Program-made: the position numbers and the translations under genes
Source of the DNA: Tubulanus polymorphus
Taxonomy: Eukaryota; Animalia; Nemertea
DNA: 64,000 bases
NCBI RefSeq assembly: GCF_964204645.1
Contig: NC_134030.1
Coordinates: forward strand, 10,009,222 to 10,073,221
Reading direction: 5' to 3'
The notes under the pieces: generated by a model
Seen by the model: the letters and a program-made list of their open reading frames with translations, nothing else
What the model was told of the DNA's origin: nothing
Databases searched by the model: none
Shown here: positions 34,976 through 48,519 of the stretch, piece by piece
Layout of the letters: each line of letters begins with the position of its first letter
Numbering within the stretch: the stretch's first letter is position 1

Positions 34976-36244
34976 ACGCACGTCGGTTTTAGAATCAGTT
35001 CTCGAAATTGTATGCTCGCTGCAGGGGCAAATCCATCCTCGCTTGCCAGGGGCCTGTATCGCTCCCCGAAATCGCTTCCACCAACGGGGAACAGCTTGCT
35101 TAAGCGTAGTGGGTTCGAATCCCTTGACGGGTGAAGATGGGGCTAATCGAGTCCACCACTATTACTGCTTGAGCGCGGTACTCATGTATGTAGAAGTCTG
35201 TTTCTAAGTTCTGGTTCAAGTAATGCTCAATTTGAATATCGAAAGTGGTAAACTTCTTATTTCTTTTGCGAATAATAATATTTCGTCGAATTCTTGTGGA
35301 TGGATAGAAGGATAGAAATGATGTCCAAAATGTGCTCAGGTTGCATCTCAGAGCCATAAAGAATTAAAAACTTCTAGGTGCTCTTCCACCGCAGCACTCA
35401 GGTTAAATCCGCCCCTGTTGACCGGTCGTGTGTGAAGGCATGCTATGATATGACTTCGCGCCTCTCGACAGAAAACGAAGGTTGCGTGAGTGTGTCAGCT
35501 TAACGAACTACTCTTTTGGGCACGCGTGGTAGGCAACTGGGGTTTGCTCTACATATCCGTGGGGTGACACATGTTCGCGCCGATCATTCGATCATTTACT
35601 CCGAATTTAAAACACAAAATAACAACAACAGCTATAGAAATATGATTTTCTCCGGCGTCAAGATGAATGAATACACGTGTTCTTCTGAGAATTGTCAGGT
35701 TTAAACCTTGATTGGCACCCCTTTCGATCACTGACACGGCATGTGGTAGTGCGTCGCTGAATTCAACATTGTAACAGGTTTGGCGGGGACCGCATTGCAA
35801 CAGCAGTTGTCCCGGACGAGATTTTTGAATTTACGCATTTGTTAGACGTCAATGCGTTCTAATAAGAGCACTACCAGAAATCCATACGCTGATTAGAAAA
35901 GAAAAACAATCGATCTGAATGAAGATACGACCTAGCGAGTTGTGGTATTGTAATTGAAATATGGTAGCGATGAAATGAGTTGTGCAAAATGATACAAAAT
36001 AATTAAAATACATGGAGTATAATTTTCTGATTTTGCGAAGAAAATTTAGCGTTGTCTTATATTGGAGAATTTGGGTTAACTGATTTAAGACAAGTTAGTT
36101 ACATAATTAACTTTTCGAAATTTAGCGTTCTTTTCATATATTGAAGAGTTGCGGTGAACTGATAAAAAGACGAGTCAATCAAATCACTAACTTTGGAAGT
36201 TTAGAGATCATCATTCAGATTTGCACTTGTCGATTAAGTTTAAA

Positions 36245-39200
36245 ATGTCGACATTATTGGTAAACAGAACGTCTAAGATTGTTTCGACGACGATCTTGGC
36301 GACAAAGAGAAACATTTCGCGCCAGTGCATTCGTGGGCTGAGTGATGGCCCTGTAGGTGAGGCGACGCACTCGTCCGGATTGGTCAACGCGTATCCACAA
36401 AGCCGACCATTCAAAGACATACCCGGGCCAAAAGGTCTGCCGTTTATTGGAACTTTGCTTAAGCATCGGATAGGTAAGAGGAAAGAGATTGATGCTTTAA
36501 AGATATTAGTAAGTAATAGTATATACGTATAATTTAATTTTTTTATCGCCCTTTTCAATTATTATTATAATTATTTATTTATTGCTCCATATACATTACA
36601 TACAGTGAGCACAGATAATGCTTGTTACAAAATTGGTGATTAATCAGCGACGGAATGTCGAAAAAGCAGTACAACAACTGAGTTACATAAACAGTACAAC
36701 AACTGAGTTACATATTTGCATACAAAAACATTGTAGATACAGAAATAATTGCATACAGTTTAGAGTTAATGTTGGGAAATTAACATAAAAGAGTAAATGG
36801 CCTTAGACAACCTTAGCTGCGATGATAAAAAATCCCAATTTTCTTACCTTTCTCGGATCTGTGAAAAATGAACGGAGTGAATAAATATTTTGGGCCATAC
36901 GTGGTAAGTATTTGATTCTTAAATTATCGAAAGCTGAGCAATGGAAAATAAAATGTTTTTCATCCTCGACTTGGTTCAAGTTACATTTTCCACAGATCCT
37001 CTCGGTACGGGGTATGTTCCTATAGCGCCCAGTTTTTACTGCTAATTTATGGTTAGAACACTTAAAACGACATACTGCTAGACTTATATTCTTATTGAAT
37101 GATACTTAATACGGTTCTCTACCCCATTCAGTTTTCACAGTTCTATATGTGCTACATTTACTTGATCTAAAAAGGTCACCATGCCATTGTTGGATGAATT
37201 GATCATGGAGTCTTTGTTTTATCATTGCTCCCAAGTAAGAAACGTAAGGGAAATTTTGGTATATCCAGTAATGGGCTAATCCACACTCTTCTAGTGTTCG
37301 CTTCACGAAACATAGCCACTTTGTGCTTTTATTGTTGAGATAATTGTTATATAGTACTTGGTAAATTCTACCCGCGATTGTCTTCCTTTTCATTATTAGG
37401 TTACCCCAAAATTTAACTATTCTCGTCTTTATTAGAATTTCCATTGGGAATCGCCCCGTTTCCCCATAAATCATAACATTTGGTGTTGACCTTTTTAGAC
37501 GAAGTAAATATTTGCAAAATGTTAAATGGACCTTTTCGATCATTTCTATGTTTTCATGACCCCAAGTCTCACAACCGAAAGATAAAACTGATGACACCAT
37601 GGCGTCAAAAAGCTGAAAGGCAATGTCTACATCGAGGGATTGCTCCTGTACAAAAAAACATGCTTTTTTAGCTTGGTCGCATATAGATTTTTTACACTTC
37701 GTAAAAGAACCGGTGTAATTGAATAAAACACCTAGATAGCGAAATTCGCTTACTGTCTCGATAGCTATGCCACCGACATAAAACGATCGGGTAGCTGATG
37801 ATTTCCTTCTTTCGAAAACTAGTGCTTTCGTTTTGTTAATATTAATAGTTAATTTCCCCTTGTTACAATAACAAAAAAGCGCATTTAAAAGGCTCTGTAG
37901 TCCTTCTCGGCTATCAGATAATAATATAGTATCATCCGCATACAGGAGAACTAATAGGCGTAGCCAGGGCTCAATGTCGTCGTTTAAAAAGAAGTCTACA
38001 GGTTTACATCTCTGGGAATAGAGATAATTTTCAAGGTCGTTAACATATATGGAGAAAAGAACTGGCGATAAATTCTCACCCTGTCTTAGACCCGTGTAAC
38101 TAGGAAATTGTTCACAAATTTTACGGTTAACTTGTATGGCGGATTTTATTTGTTGATACATACTTTGTATTGCCTTAAGGCATTTACCTGAAATACCCGT
38201 CGTGATAAGTTTATGCCATAGTGCTTTCCTTCATATAGTATCGAATGCTTTTTGATAGTCGATGAAAGCACAGTACAATTTCTTTTTATTAATGATAAAT
38301 AAGTCGATAACCGATTTAAGAGTAAAAAATATGGTCATTTATACTGTGAAATTTCCTTAAGCCCGCTTGGTTTTCATTCAGGAGGCTATTTCTTTCCAAA
38401 AATTCATTCAACGACGTGCGCTATCCATCAGACCAGGTACCCATTTGCTCATCGGTGAGGAGAGGCAATAGGGATAAGTGTCTTACCCGGGGGCACGCCG
38501 GTACTGTACGGGTTCGTACAGGCGACCAAGATTCAAACGCTCTAACCATTAGCCCACACGCCTCGTTCACATATTGCGCAAGCGTAGAGTGATAAAATGT
38601 AATGCGTGCACAGGGCTGACCCAGCGCCAAATTTCTACAATTCAGTGACAGGGCGATAGACGTTTCATTATACTTTCTCACGTTTTCTTTTCAATATACT
38701 TATCTTTATTACATCAAGATGATTAAAACAATTGGTTTTAAGCATTTCCGGGGTGGACCCAGAAAGGGGTCTAGGGCCTACTGCTCCGTGTTCGAAAATT
38801 GTCTGATAGCGATATCAATCATATCGATGATACGACTTCTATATCATATACTTATACAATATATAATATGTTATATTTACATCATTGTAACGATAAAAAT
38901 GTACATTTTATATAACATATTGTATGAATATATAATGTAAAAACAATCGCAGTAAATAAAGTTATTAACATATACTAAACCGCAATTCAGATCTTTTTCG
39001 ATTGCTGTTTCTGCCAGATGTTACTGTTAGGTAATGCGCACATTTCTGTGAATGCATTTTTCATTGAAATATGAAGAAAGTATCTGGGTAAACACACCGC
39101 GCTCGACCCCCTCTGCTAAAAATCTCTGGATCCACCCCTGCTTTTGTTGATGCGCCTACCCATACTTTCAGTAGTGATGTAAAATGTATTCATACGTCAA

Positions 39201-42200
39201 ATGTATTCATACGTAGTTTGAATATATTCATAATATATTCCATACATTTGAACGTGTATTAGGAAAATAATAATATTCATTCAATAATTTATGTGTTACA
39301 GCAGCTATAGGTTTAGAGCAAATCCACAGTTCCTGGTATCGTCAATAAACTTTGAACCGAACTAGTTCAGCCTTACCATTCAGTTTGGGGTCGCCAGTTT
39401 CATAAATCATTGTTTTAATATCAGATCAGCATGTGGTTCTCACATTAGTTGCAGTTGCTACCAGGGACTACTATTACTATCCCAGAAAATGAATTAATTG
39501 AAATATTCTTGGAAAAGGGCAAATTTAAAAAGTTGCTGTTACCATAAAAGGGAATTAAGCATAGTTGGGAGGGAGGGAGGGAGGGGAACACCGGAACTGG
39601 AGAACAGCCCTGAGAGCAGAATTAAAATAAAGCCTGAAATAAAGCGTATATCAACTGGAGAAAATTCTTCGAACGTTCATTTTACTATCGCGTGCTTTCG
39701 AAGACAAGCGTGGACCCCATGTGTGATGTGTTGATGTAATTGTTCGAATGAACATTATTTCTATTCCGTAAGGGATCTGGCTATTCTGTGAAAAAGAAAA
39801 AGCACAACACTATAGCACCTCTATATTTCCTTTACGTTATTGACAAGCCACAATCTGAAATCGATGAATATCAGCAATAAACCTCAACGCGACGACGGCT
39901 GTTACGCAATATCGTTATGGATGTTTTTCAGGCGTGACTTAAAAAGATTTTTTGTTACAACGGCTTAAGGCCGGTGTAGGTCAATTTGCGACTGCTTGCG
40001 AGGCGACGTTACCGCGTCAGCGACGATGCGCACGCAAAAAGTCTCTGTCAGTCGCAAAGCCGACTTTATGATGGTTGTTGGTTGCGACAGGGAGAGACGG
40101 TCACCACGCTATACGTCACAGGAAGTAAAACATATTAGATATGATCTGACGATCGCCAAACCCTTGGTTAGAATTTATTCCCTCTGAAGAAACTGAATCT
40201 CTCGGTTATAAGATATATGAATAAAGGATCTGATCGGAATTAGGAATCTTGCACGGTGCTTGGTTATAAGTTGTATGTACATCATAACAGCATCATTTTT
40301 TTCAATTATTTGAACTATTTATTATAATTTCTGTAATTTACGCTTACGTTTAGTTCGCATTTGCAGGTAAATACCGCCCGGAAAACTATCACGTCGCCAT
40401 CGCGGATCATCACCGCGAATTCGGTGGAATATTCAAGGAGACGATCGCTGGATCGACCGTAGTCCATCTCTCTGACCCCGGCGACTACCGAGTCGTACTG
40501 CGAGCGTGTATGAAGGATCCCCGCGTTCCGCCGTTCATCAACGCCATACTCGAATTCAGAAAGAAAAACGGCTATACGCACGGACTCGGGTTTAGGTAAG
40601 AAATTTCAAAACCTACTTCGTAAAAGTCATTAGGGTCAAAAACCTATTATTGTATATACAACCCCCAACCCCAATGTCAACCCCCGATATACCGCACTCC
40701 CTTAAACTGCCACCCCCGCCTACCGCCAGGTTTTTCTCAATGTATATTCTCAATACAAATACAAAGTAAAACACGATATACCGCCATACTCTATATACCA
40801 CCAAAATCGCTCTGCATCGATGTGGGCGGTATGACCATACGTCATATTTTTGTTTCTGTTCATTTTGTAGCGTCGGCGATGAGTGGCGAAGACTACGTCA
40901 TAACTCGCAGAAGTACTGGTTGAACGCGAAAAATTGCCATGCATATTTCGATCGCATGTCCGCTATCGCTGACCAGTTTGTGGGGTACATTTCGAAAAAC
41001 ATCGACGCTAAGGGCGAAGTACCTAACCTGTATCCAATGATGAAAATTTGGAATCTAGAATGTGAGTATGTAATTAAGTTTTCAGTTTTTGTATCACTCA
41101 CTCCCAGCCACGCGCTCTTTCGTTCTTCGAGGTACATATTCATCAATACTTAACATTATACAATTATCATCCATTATCATCTGGTTTTTTCTCCACTTTC
41201 TGTACTTTCAACATATCTTGGTGTAACTTGTGTCAATAAAATATATTCATATTTGTAGGTATATCTATGTTATAACTCGGTAGAGCGTGTGGCTGGAGAG
41301 TGAGTGGTGTTTTACATTGAGGTGTCTCATTTTACAATAAGATATCCTTGAGCACCTACCACTGATATTATTACATTTAATGTGATTATGTTAGAATTTG
41401 TCATAATTTTTTGCTGACAAAAAACAGGACTTGCCACAATTGAAAGATAAAAACCAGTATCAATGACCAACCCCAGTATTCCTGTATAATGAACTTATAT
41501 GCGGTAATTTCATATACAGGGATACTGGGGTGGTCTTACCGACACGTCCCTGTGTGAAAGAATTAAACTGAACACTTTACCAAATGCTATCATCTTGCAT
41601 ATTCGAGCATAGATTATAGTTGTTAGCTTCTTGCAGCCTCGGCGATTTTGGCATTCGACCGAAGTTTCGGGGCGTTCACGGACAATCCCGAAACGTCGAA
41701 GATCGACCAACTCATTTCATCGAACCAATTGATGTTCGACATGGGTTCTCGGTTCCCATTCATGTTGCCGCTTCACGACTATTTCATGACGCCCATGAAG
41801 AAACAGTTATTTCGCTCTGAACAGATAGTATACACGTGCGTAATCATGTCTTTTTGAAGTGTCTGAAAAGGAGAAATTTATCTCGTGCATTCGACAAGAA
41901 GATAATTGGATAGAATAGTCGGGCTGGGTGGTATCGTAAGGCTATAAAAACTGATATATAAGCTGTACGTATATTTACTTATTCTCTCGTTTCAGCATCG
42001 TTAAAGATCTGATCGAGGAAACGCTTCGAAAGATAAAAGATTGCAAGAACGACGCAGAAAGTTCTGATAAATACCTATGGTTGAAACACTGTTTGTCGAG
42101 GTCGGAACTCGTAAAAAATGACTACAACATTCTTACTCAGAACCTGTTGCTGGACGGCTTAGCCGGGGTAAGACAGAAAGCAAGTCCGATATTTGAAAAC

Positions 42201-43977
42201 ATTACGCATAAACATTGTCATTCTATCGGTTCAAAGACATTGTATATTAATTAGCACAAAATGCTTAGTCTTACTGATAAGTTAGAGAAAAAGTTGACAA
42301 AAGCAAAGAAACGTCGAATCTTTTCAGACTGCACCGCAAGCTGCAAATCTCATCTATCGCCTGGCGAAATCGCCGGACAAACAAGATAAGCTTTTCGACG
42401 AGATTAAACGCGAAGTTGGTCCTACCGAAAATGAAACGCGTACATCGATGTCGAATATGACCTATCTGAAAGCGTGCCTCAAAGAAGCTGCGCGGTATGT
42501 ATCGTCCTCCTGGGATTCGAACCTGATGGCATCGAGACTCGCCGCGGTACGAAACCCTGCTACGCTAGCCCGCGTGCGCAGGTACACGTTCGGATTAGAT
42601 TATGTCATTATTAGCCAATCAAAGAGCCCGTTTTATTATAGCCTGGGTTTATCCGTGAAATTTGCCTGAGCTAAGTTATAAAACGAGCAATCTTATTGAT
42701 GATGCAATTGCCTTGCGCAAACCTGCCCATATACCCGACGGTCTAGTGTGGCAGGGTTTTGTGCCATGGCTGAGCGATGCCCCCAGTTAGAATCCCTGCC
42801 GAGGGGATAGGTATGTGTAAAGACACGAACCGGTAAACGATAGGTCAAAATGTTGAGATGAAATATTATGTACGACGCTTTACAATCGATTGTCTAAAAC
42901 AAATGGTTTCCGATTTCTAGTTTGACGAATGTTGGAACCGAAGTGTCTAGAATTCTAACCGAAGATGTCGAGCTCAGTGGCTTCCGCGTCCTAGCAGGCG
43001 TACGTACGAATCTATTTATCATGTTTTCTCCACTCTGCATTGTTTTTTTTTCTACAGCCTTCATCTTATTGTCTTTATAGACACGCGTCGATTTGAATCA
43101 TTTTGTGACGTGTCGAATGGAGGAGTATTTCGATCGCCCGAATGAGTTTCTGCCAGAAAGATGGTTGCGTGATGTGAACAACACCAACGGAATACACCCG
43201 TACGCGCACGCGCAATTCGGTGCCGGAACCCGAATGTGCCCAGGTATATTATTATTCTTGTTCGACATCTGGTTCAATCTGCTCGTTGATATCGTCCTTT
43301 TGAAAACCCCTTTTTAGTTCTCGGGCTTCTGTGAGACCCTTATTCTCGTACTCTTGTCTGTCTGTCTGTCTAGTGTGTCTGTCGTGTCTGTCTGTCTTTC
43401 AGCTACTTAGCTTCGTGAAAAGTCGTTCGATCTTGATGAAACTTGGGTACAATGTTAATATGGAGGTCTAGTTGTGCGGTGCGAAGGATGGGACCAGTAC
43501 GCCACCTAGCTAGCACTGACAATCGTTTTTTCAGTGACATGACCTCGAAGATGACCTCTGAGGAACCGGGTCGATATTCGTCGATATGACCGTGAAGATG
43601 ACATCATAACTTAGGACCGGGGTTGATATCCAAAAAGATGTCTTGACTTGAGCTATTGGCCCTAGATACAACATATCCAAAATGCAATGGGAACTATAAA
43701 CCCATGGTAATTTTGGACTTCGAGTTCGAGCGTGCGCCCGAGAACCTTTGTCGCCTATAGCCTGTTGATAACTCTTCGTTCATATAATAATGCCATACTA
43801 TTTTTTTTCGTTGTCGCAGGACGTTTGTTTGCGCGCCAGGATATCGAGCTCTTCGCCGTAAAGCTACTGAAGAAATACCGCGTCGAATGGCATCAGCCGA
43901 AAAACCTGAAACAAGATTGGAAAATCCTCTTCGCGCCGGAGAACAACGAAGTACCGATTACGTTCGAACAACGTTGA
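36245..43977 (+). CDS. Mitochondrial-clan cytochrome P450 (CYP44/CYP10/CYP12-like), 9 exons, 528 aa
   Basis: Exons 36245-36473, 40367-40595, 40871-41061, 41637-41835, 41996-42167, 42328-42494, 42921-42999, 43081-43243, 43820-43977 (1587 nt, GT-AG). Basic Ser/Thr-rich transit peptide, RPFKDIPGPKGLPFIG, WRRLR, YLKACLKEAAR (ExxR), FLPERW, heme motif FGAGTRMCPG. Confidence 0.93.
36557..38415 (-). mobile_element. 5'-truncated RTE-X-like LINE in P450 intron 1 (antisense)
   Basis: RT motifs ENQAG, FIDYQKAFD, RQGENLSPVLF, YADD, FRYLG, YGETGRFP; C-terminal Cys/His region; 3' tail GGAGCAATAAAATAAATAATT. Contains stops and frameshifts. Confidence 0.88.
38421..38564 (-). mobile_element. tRNA-derived SINE with CORE-like central block
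   Basis: Minus strand GGCGTGTGGGCTAATGGTTAGAGCG (A box), GTACGAACCC (degenerate B box), GTGCCCCCGGGTAAGACACTTATCCC..TGCCTCTC..AAATGGGTACC. Confidence 0.7.
42501..42809. mobile_element. MITE with tRNA-like long TIRs, copy in P450 intron 6
   Basis: Same arms as 46225-46557 (GGATTCGAACCTGATGGCATCG... / GGTCTAGTGTGGCAGG); flanking direct repeat GGTATGT at 42494-42500 and 42810-42816. Confidence 0.75.
43318..43766 (-). mobile_element. AACAAG-start interspersed repeat, copy 2 (P450 intron 8)
   Basis: Reverse-complement match to 12125-12530 and 56371-56772, including the (TGTC)n block and CTTGATGAAACTTGGGTACAATGTTA. Confidence 0.75.
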
Positions 43978-44984
43978 TGTGTTAAGCTCTCCCAACCGAA
44001 AAAAATCGTTTCTTTATCGAAAGCGGGCCCAGGGGACTATATTTTTACCTATGGTTGCTGAAAACTATTGAAAAAGCGAATAGCAGGAAACTTTCACCAT
44101 GAATAATTTTTTAAAGCACGGGCGTCACTGTTTAAAGGGAAAAAACAACGTGCATGTCAGGGAATAGTCAGGAAAAAGCACGTCAAATAAAAGTGGCCAC
44201 CCTGTAAAAGTCATCTCCCGGAATATTGACTGTTGGGATACATAAGTGCAAGTACTCCGCCTGTAATCATTACGCTTATTCAAAGATTAGACTAATTGGC
44301 TGTAGGTTGTATCCATGGAAGTCACGACGATTTCTATCTTCGCAGGGCCAACCCCCATGGAGTGGAAGTTTTATTCGCAGTAATTCCACTATGACCGAGC
44401 ATATCTCTCCGATACGATTTCGTGTTAAGATTAATGTTAAGATATCCCTAGTGTCTGGATAGATAGGGCTAAACTCGCCTCATATAAAATGGCCTGCCGT
44501 TAATTTGAGAAAAAAAAACAACAGTATTTGATGGGACTATCTTAATGGTGATCAATGTTCCTATATCGCGAGTGGCAAAGAAGCTAGATTGCCACAGTTT
44601 ATTCACGGCGAAGTGACATCGTGATCCTTTATGCGACTATAAATTACGAGAGAAGCAAGACGCGCGGCATTTCGGCAAAATTGCGATGTTTTTGATAACA
44701 TCGTTCCCGCACTGATATGTAGATACATATCATATTTAAACATGATACGAGTTCGTGTTAGTAAGAGTTTTTTGCCGCCTTAAAAACCGTTACGATAATG
44801 TTTATATACTTTGATACCTAGCAAGCGTTGTAATAGGAGTATGAGTCGATGTGCACTACGTCATCGATATTGGCGTTTCAAAATAACAGTTACAATTGTG
44901 AATTTGGCGTTTGTTTTGTGATCAGATATATTTCATAACTCTTATTATATTTTTTGATAAATTCTAATGATTATCTATGAGAGG

Positions 44985-45185
44985 ATGCGCACTAAGTCAT
45001 CAATATATCTGGTCTAGACGGGTTACCGGTCAGTTCAATTCAATTATTGATATATTCAAATTCAAAATAACTTTATTGATCCTTGATATGATTATATTAT
45101 CTATTGTTGACAATATTAAGCGTTGTGTTATTTTTCAAGGCGTCAACAAACTTTGACGCATCGAGTTAGTTTTCTTGTTATATTT
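44985..45185. repeat. Interspersed repeat; inverted sister copy at about 26045-26270
   Basis: GGTTACCGGTCAGTTCAATTCAA...TTTTCAAGGCGTCAACAAACTTT matches the reverse complement of 26050-26240. Confidence 0.65.
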
Positions 45186-46224
45186 GTCACTACTGTATAG
45201 ATTCAAATATTGTTCAAATGTGATTATATCGATCTCATCTTGTATCTTTTTTCACTTTTGTCGAGAACGACATGTGTTGGTTCTCTTATATGATTCGTTG
45301 ATGTCTCTCTTATATGATTGGTTGCTGTTTCGCGCCATGTATACTATACTGTAACCCTATACTGTAGTAATAAAGTTAGATTCTGTTTAGATTCATAAAA
45401 TACAACACGCTCGTCGACTTTGCTCCTTCGGATCTGGTCAACTCTCTGTGGTGATAGTCACTCCGTCACAACTTCCCTACGTTGGCAAAGAGAAGAATAC
45501 AAACAGAACAAAACTGAAAATTTCGTGTCAGCTTACATTGTTTTATATGTTTGGAGTCTAGTTTACTGGTTGATTCCGTAGTTATGGACAATCGATGTAA
45601 ACGAAGGTGGTTAGTAGCATTAACGCCATTACGGCCCATCCTCCCCGGCATTATGAAAACCTGTTGATTACACTAAAAATGGCCGTCGATTGCATGACAA
45701 TTGACTGACAAAAATCTGTCTGATATGTCAAAGATCACTCCCCTTCACGTGACGTGACGATTTCAGATCTCTGAATTCTCTGGCCAAAAATGGCCTTTTT
45801 GGCTTTAAAAAAATATCACAGGACGGCCAGCTTGTGTGTTCGATCAACCCAATTTCTCTTATGCTGATGGGCGTTTAGTTTCCCTTGAATGCAAACAAAT
45901 ATTTTTTGTAGTGATAAGATATTAAAACTGCCGGTAATTTACGTCACCGAAAGTAAACCATTATCCAGCGAAATGCGTTGGCGCCAATGTTTATCGAGGA
46001 CTCGAAGGGTAAATTTCTCTGTGGCTTTATCGTGCTTTATTGCCCAATTTTTCTGCCGTTTTTGCACACACAAAGACACCGTTGTGGAGGTCGTGGAAAA
46101 TCGGGAAAGCGATTGTTCCAAACATAATCGTGTAGTATCCTGCAGTCATCGGACCGAAGCGTTACACTTATTTTAGGGCGTTCCCTTCTTTAAAATTTGC
46201 CTTTTTTCCCGCGGGCTCTTTCAC

Positions 46225-46557
46225 GCATCCTCCCACGACAGGGATTCGAACCTGATGGCATCGCTACACTCAGCCACGGCACGAACCCCTGCCACACTAG
46301 ACCGGGTGCGCAGGTACATGCACACGCACGAAATCTTGCGGCACCAATCAGATTGCTTGTAAAATGATCGCTAAGGTAACTTTCGCGGAAGAACTATAAA
46401 TAGGAAAACCTGGGCTAAAATAAAACGGGTTATCTGATTGGCTAATAATGACATCATCTAATTTGCGCGAGTAGCTGCGCACTCGGTCTAGTGTGGCAGG
46501 TTTCGTACCGTGGCAATCTCGATGCCATCAGGTTCGAATCCCTGTCGGGGAGGATGC
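46225..46557. mobile_element. 333-bp MITE with about 90-bp TIRs containing tRNA A/B-box-like motifs, 7-bp TSD
   Basis: Arms 46225-46317 and 46471-46557; GGTTCGAATCC at 46531-46541 and its complement at 46242-46252; TSD CTTTCAC at 46218-46224 and 46558-46564. Confidence 0.85.
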
Positions 46558-47084
46558 CTTTCACGGTGATTTAGGGTGTTCCCTCGTTTGAAATTCGCAA
46601 TTCGTTTCCGGTGAGTTTTTTTTCTACAGTGGGCACAATAACACGAGTGATGACTTTTTTGTTTTATATCTACGCATTTTAAAAGTTATTTTTTTTAAAT
46701 TCCTGAATTCCGAATACATATCAAAATAATTTTCTTATACATTAAAATCTTGGGGTAATCGGGTACTGATATCTAATTCAATTAACTTTATTGTCTCTCA
46801 CCGAAGGACCAATTCTGAAGTGCGCAGCGGTTGAATTGTCTTTATTCCACTTTTGTTTGTCGCTGGGAAGATTTACAGCCAGACCCGATAGTAAATTGGG
46901 TAGTTTTCAGACAATTTTGTACTAACTGTCCACGAAAATACATGGAAAATTGAATTTAGTTCGACGTATTGCCTTAATCCGTTAAATGCACACATAACGA
47001 TTTGATAATATAATTTGTAAGGTTAAACAGATGAAACACCAAACATATTGAAGATAATGACATTTTAATGTGCGCCGGTGATTT

Positions 47085-47198
47085 GTTGAGAGGGAGGCGT
47101 AGAGGGAGACGGATAGAGAGAGGTTGAGAGTAAGAGGGAGATGGAGGGGCAGAAGGATAGGGAGACGGGTAGAGAAGGAGAGGGGGATAGATGAGAGT
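47085..47198. repeat. GA-rich low-complexity tract
   Basis: Purine-rich run of GGA/GAG motifs. Confidence 0.8.
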
Positions 47199-48519
47199 CT
47201 TACTATGTTTTGGTAGACAAACACGATCAGAAATCCAAGCTCGGTTTTTTTTCTGTCGGAAATGACAACTTTTCAGACGCAACGCTCCATTATTCGGGAA
47301 AAAGTGAAGGCATTTTGGTCATCGTTTCGGATACAAACAATCCCGGAGACCGGATGATTATTTGATTACACGCTGCACTCTCATACTCCCAGGACACTAC
47401 TTAGCTTGGCGTACGACCGAATTGATGAAATACATGCCAATTCCGAAGAGGACTGGTGTATATGATTTAGGAATATTCCGGGACAAGTGACAAACATTTA
47501 TGTACGAAGGGAGAAGATGACGTGTATGTAAGTTCTATTTCGTACATATACACTTAGATAAGAAGAGTTGCGAAAAACGAATATTTGTTTGAGTTTCGAT
47601 TTCAATTTTCAATCATTCTCGCTTGCCAGGGTTTGATTGCCTCCCGCCAAAGCTCGCGCCAACACAAACCCTTCATTGGTCTATCACATTGCTTCGGCGG
47701 AATAAAACCGCGGCAAGCGAGGATGATTTTTAATAAAGAGTTTATTAGAACTATTTACACGTCATTATCTTACATAGCATCAAATTCTAACCCTCGCAAA
47801 TTAGTACTGGCTGTTGCAGATTTATCATGAACGCAACGTTGATATTTTCTTATGGGTAAACACGTTACGCAAATATGCTCGTTCCTTGAGATTATATGTA
47901 ATTTTCTCGCTGTATGCACACGATGGAACTTGACAGAATTGCGCCGTCGAAGCGAACAGGCGGTCCCGACCGTATGGAGTGTCAAGATTTCTTCTGAAAC
48001 TAATGCCAGGCTATTTGCTGAACTAACATTCTCCCTCGGGATCTATTAAAATTACGAAAATTCATCGAGTCGCCCGTAATCAATCTTTTTCGAAGATATC
48101 ATTCTAAAACTATCGTTCTCATAAAAAAGTCGACACAAAAGACCAAAATCTAGTCCCTTTTGATAACATATTTTTAATCGTTCCCTAATCGAGATAATGC
48201 TACATGCTACGAGGCGCATAGTTCGCTTAGACTAAAGGCCGCGCTTGTAGACCTATTTCAGCTAAAATCGATGTGACACCGATTGCCGTAGAATTACAAC
48301 CCATATGAATTCTAACTGTTCTGGCGTTAGTACAAGCGAACTACTGGACCAATGGTCCTTTATCTTTTGATCGGGCTTGATCTTTTATATGGCATTACGG
48401 TATGTAAATTTCATGTAGTTTGCTTTTTGAAATGAGAGACTTCAAAATTCAGCATTCGTATAATAGTTAAGTCCTTTTGAGAAGAATTCTGGCGTTAGCC
48501 GGCCACGATTCGTTAATGA

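Noticed and set aside
45273-45472. Possible solo LTR (TG start, AATAAA)
   Set aside because: No matching TG...CA ends with a 4-6 bp TSD could be identified.
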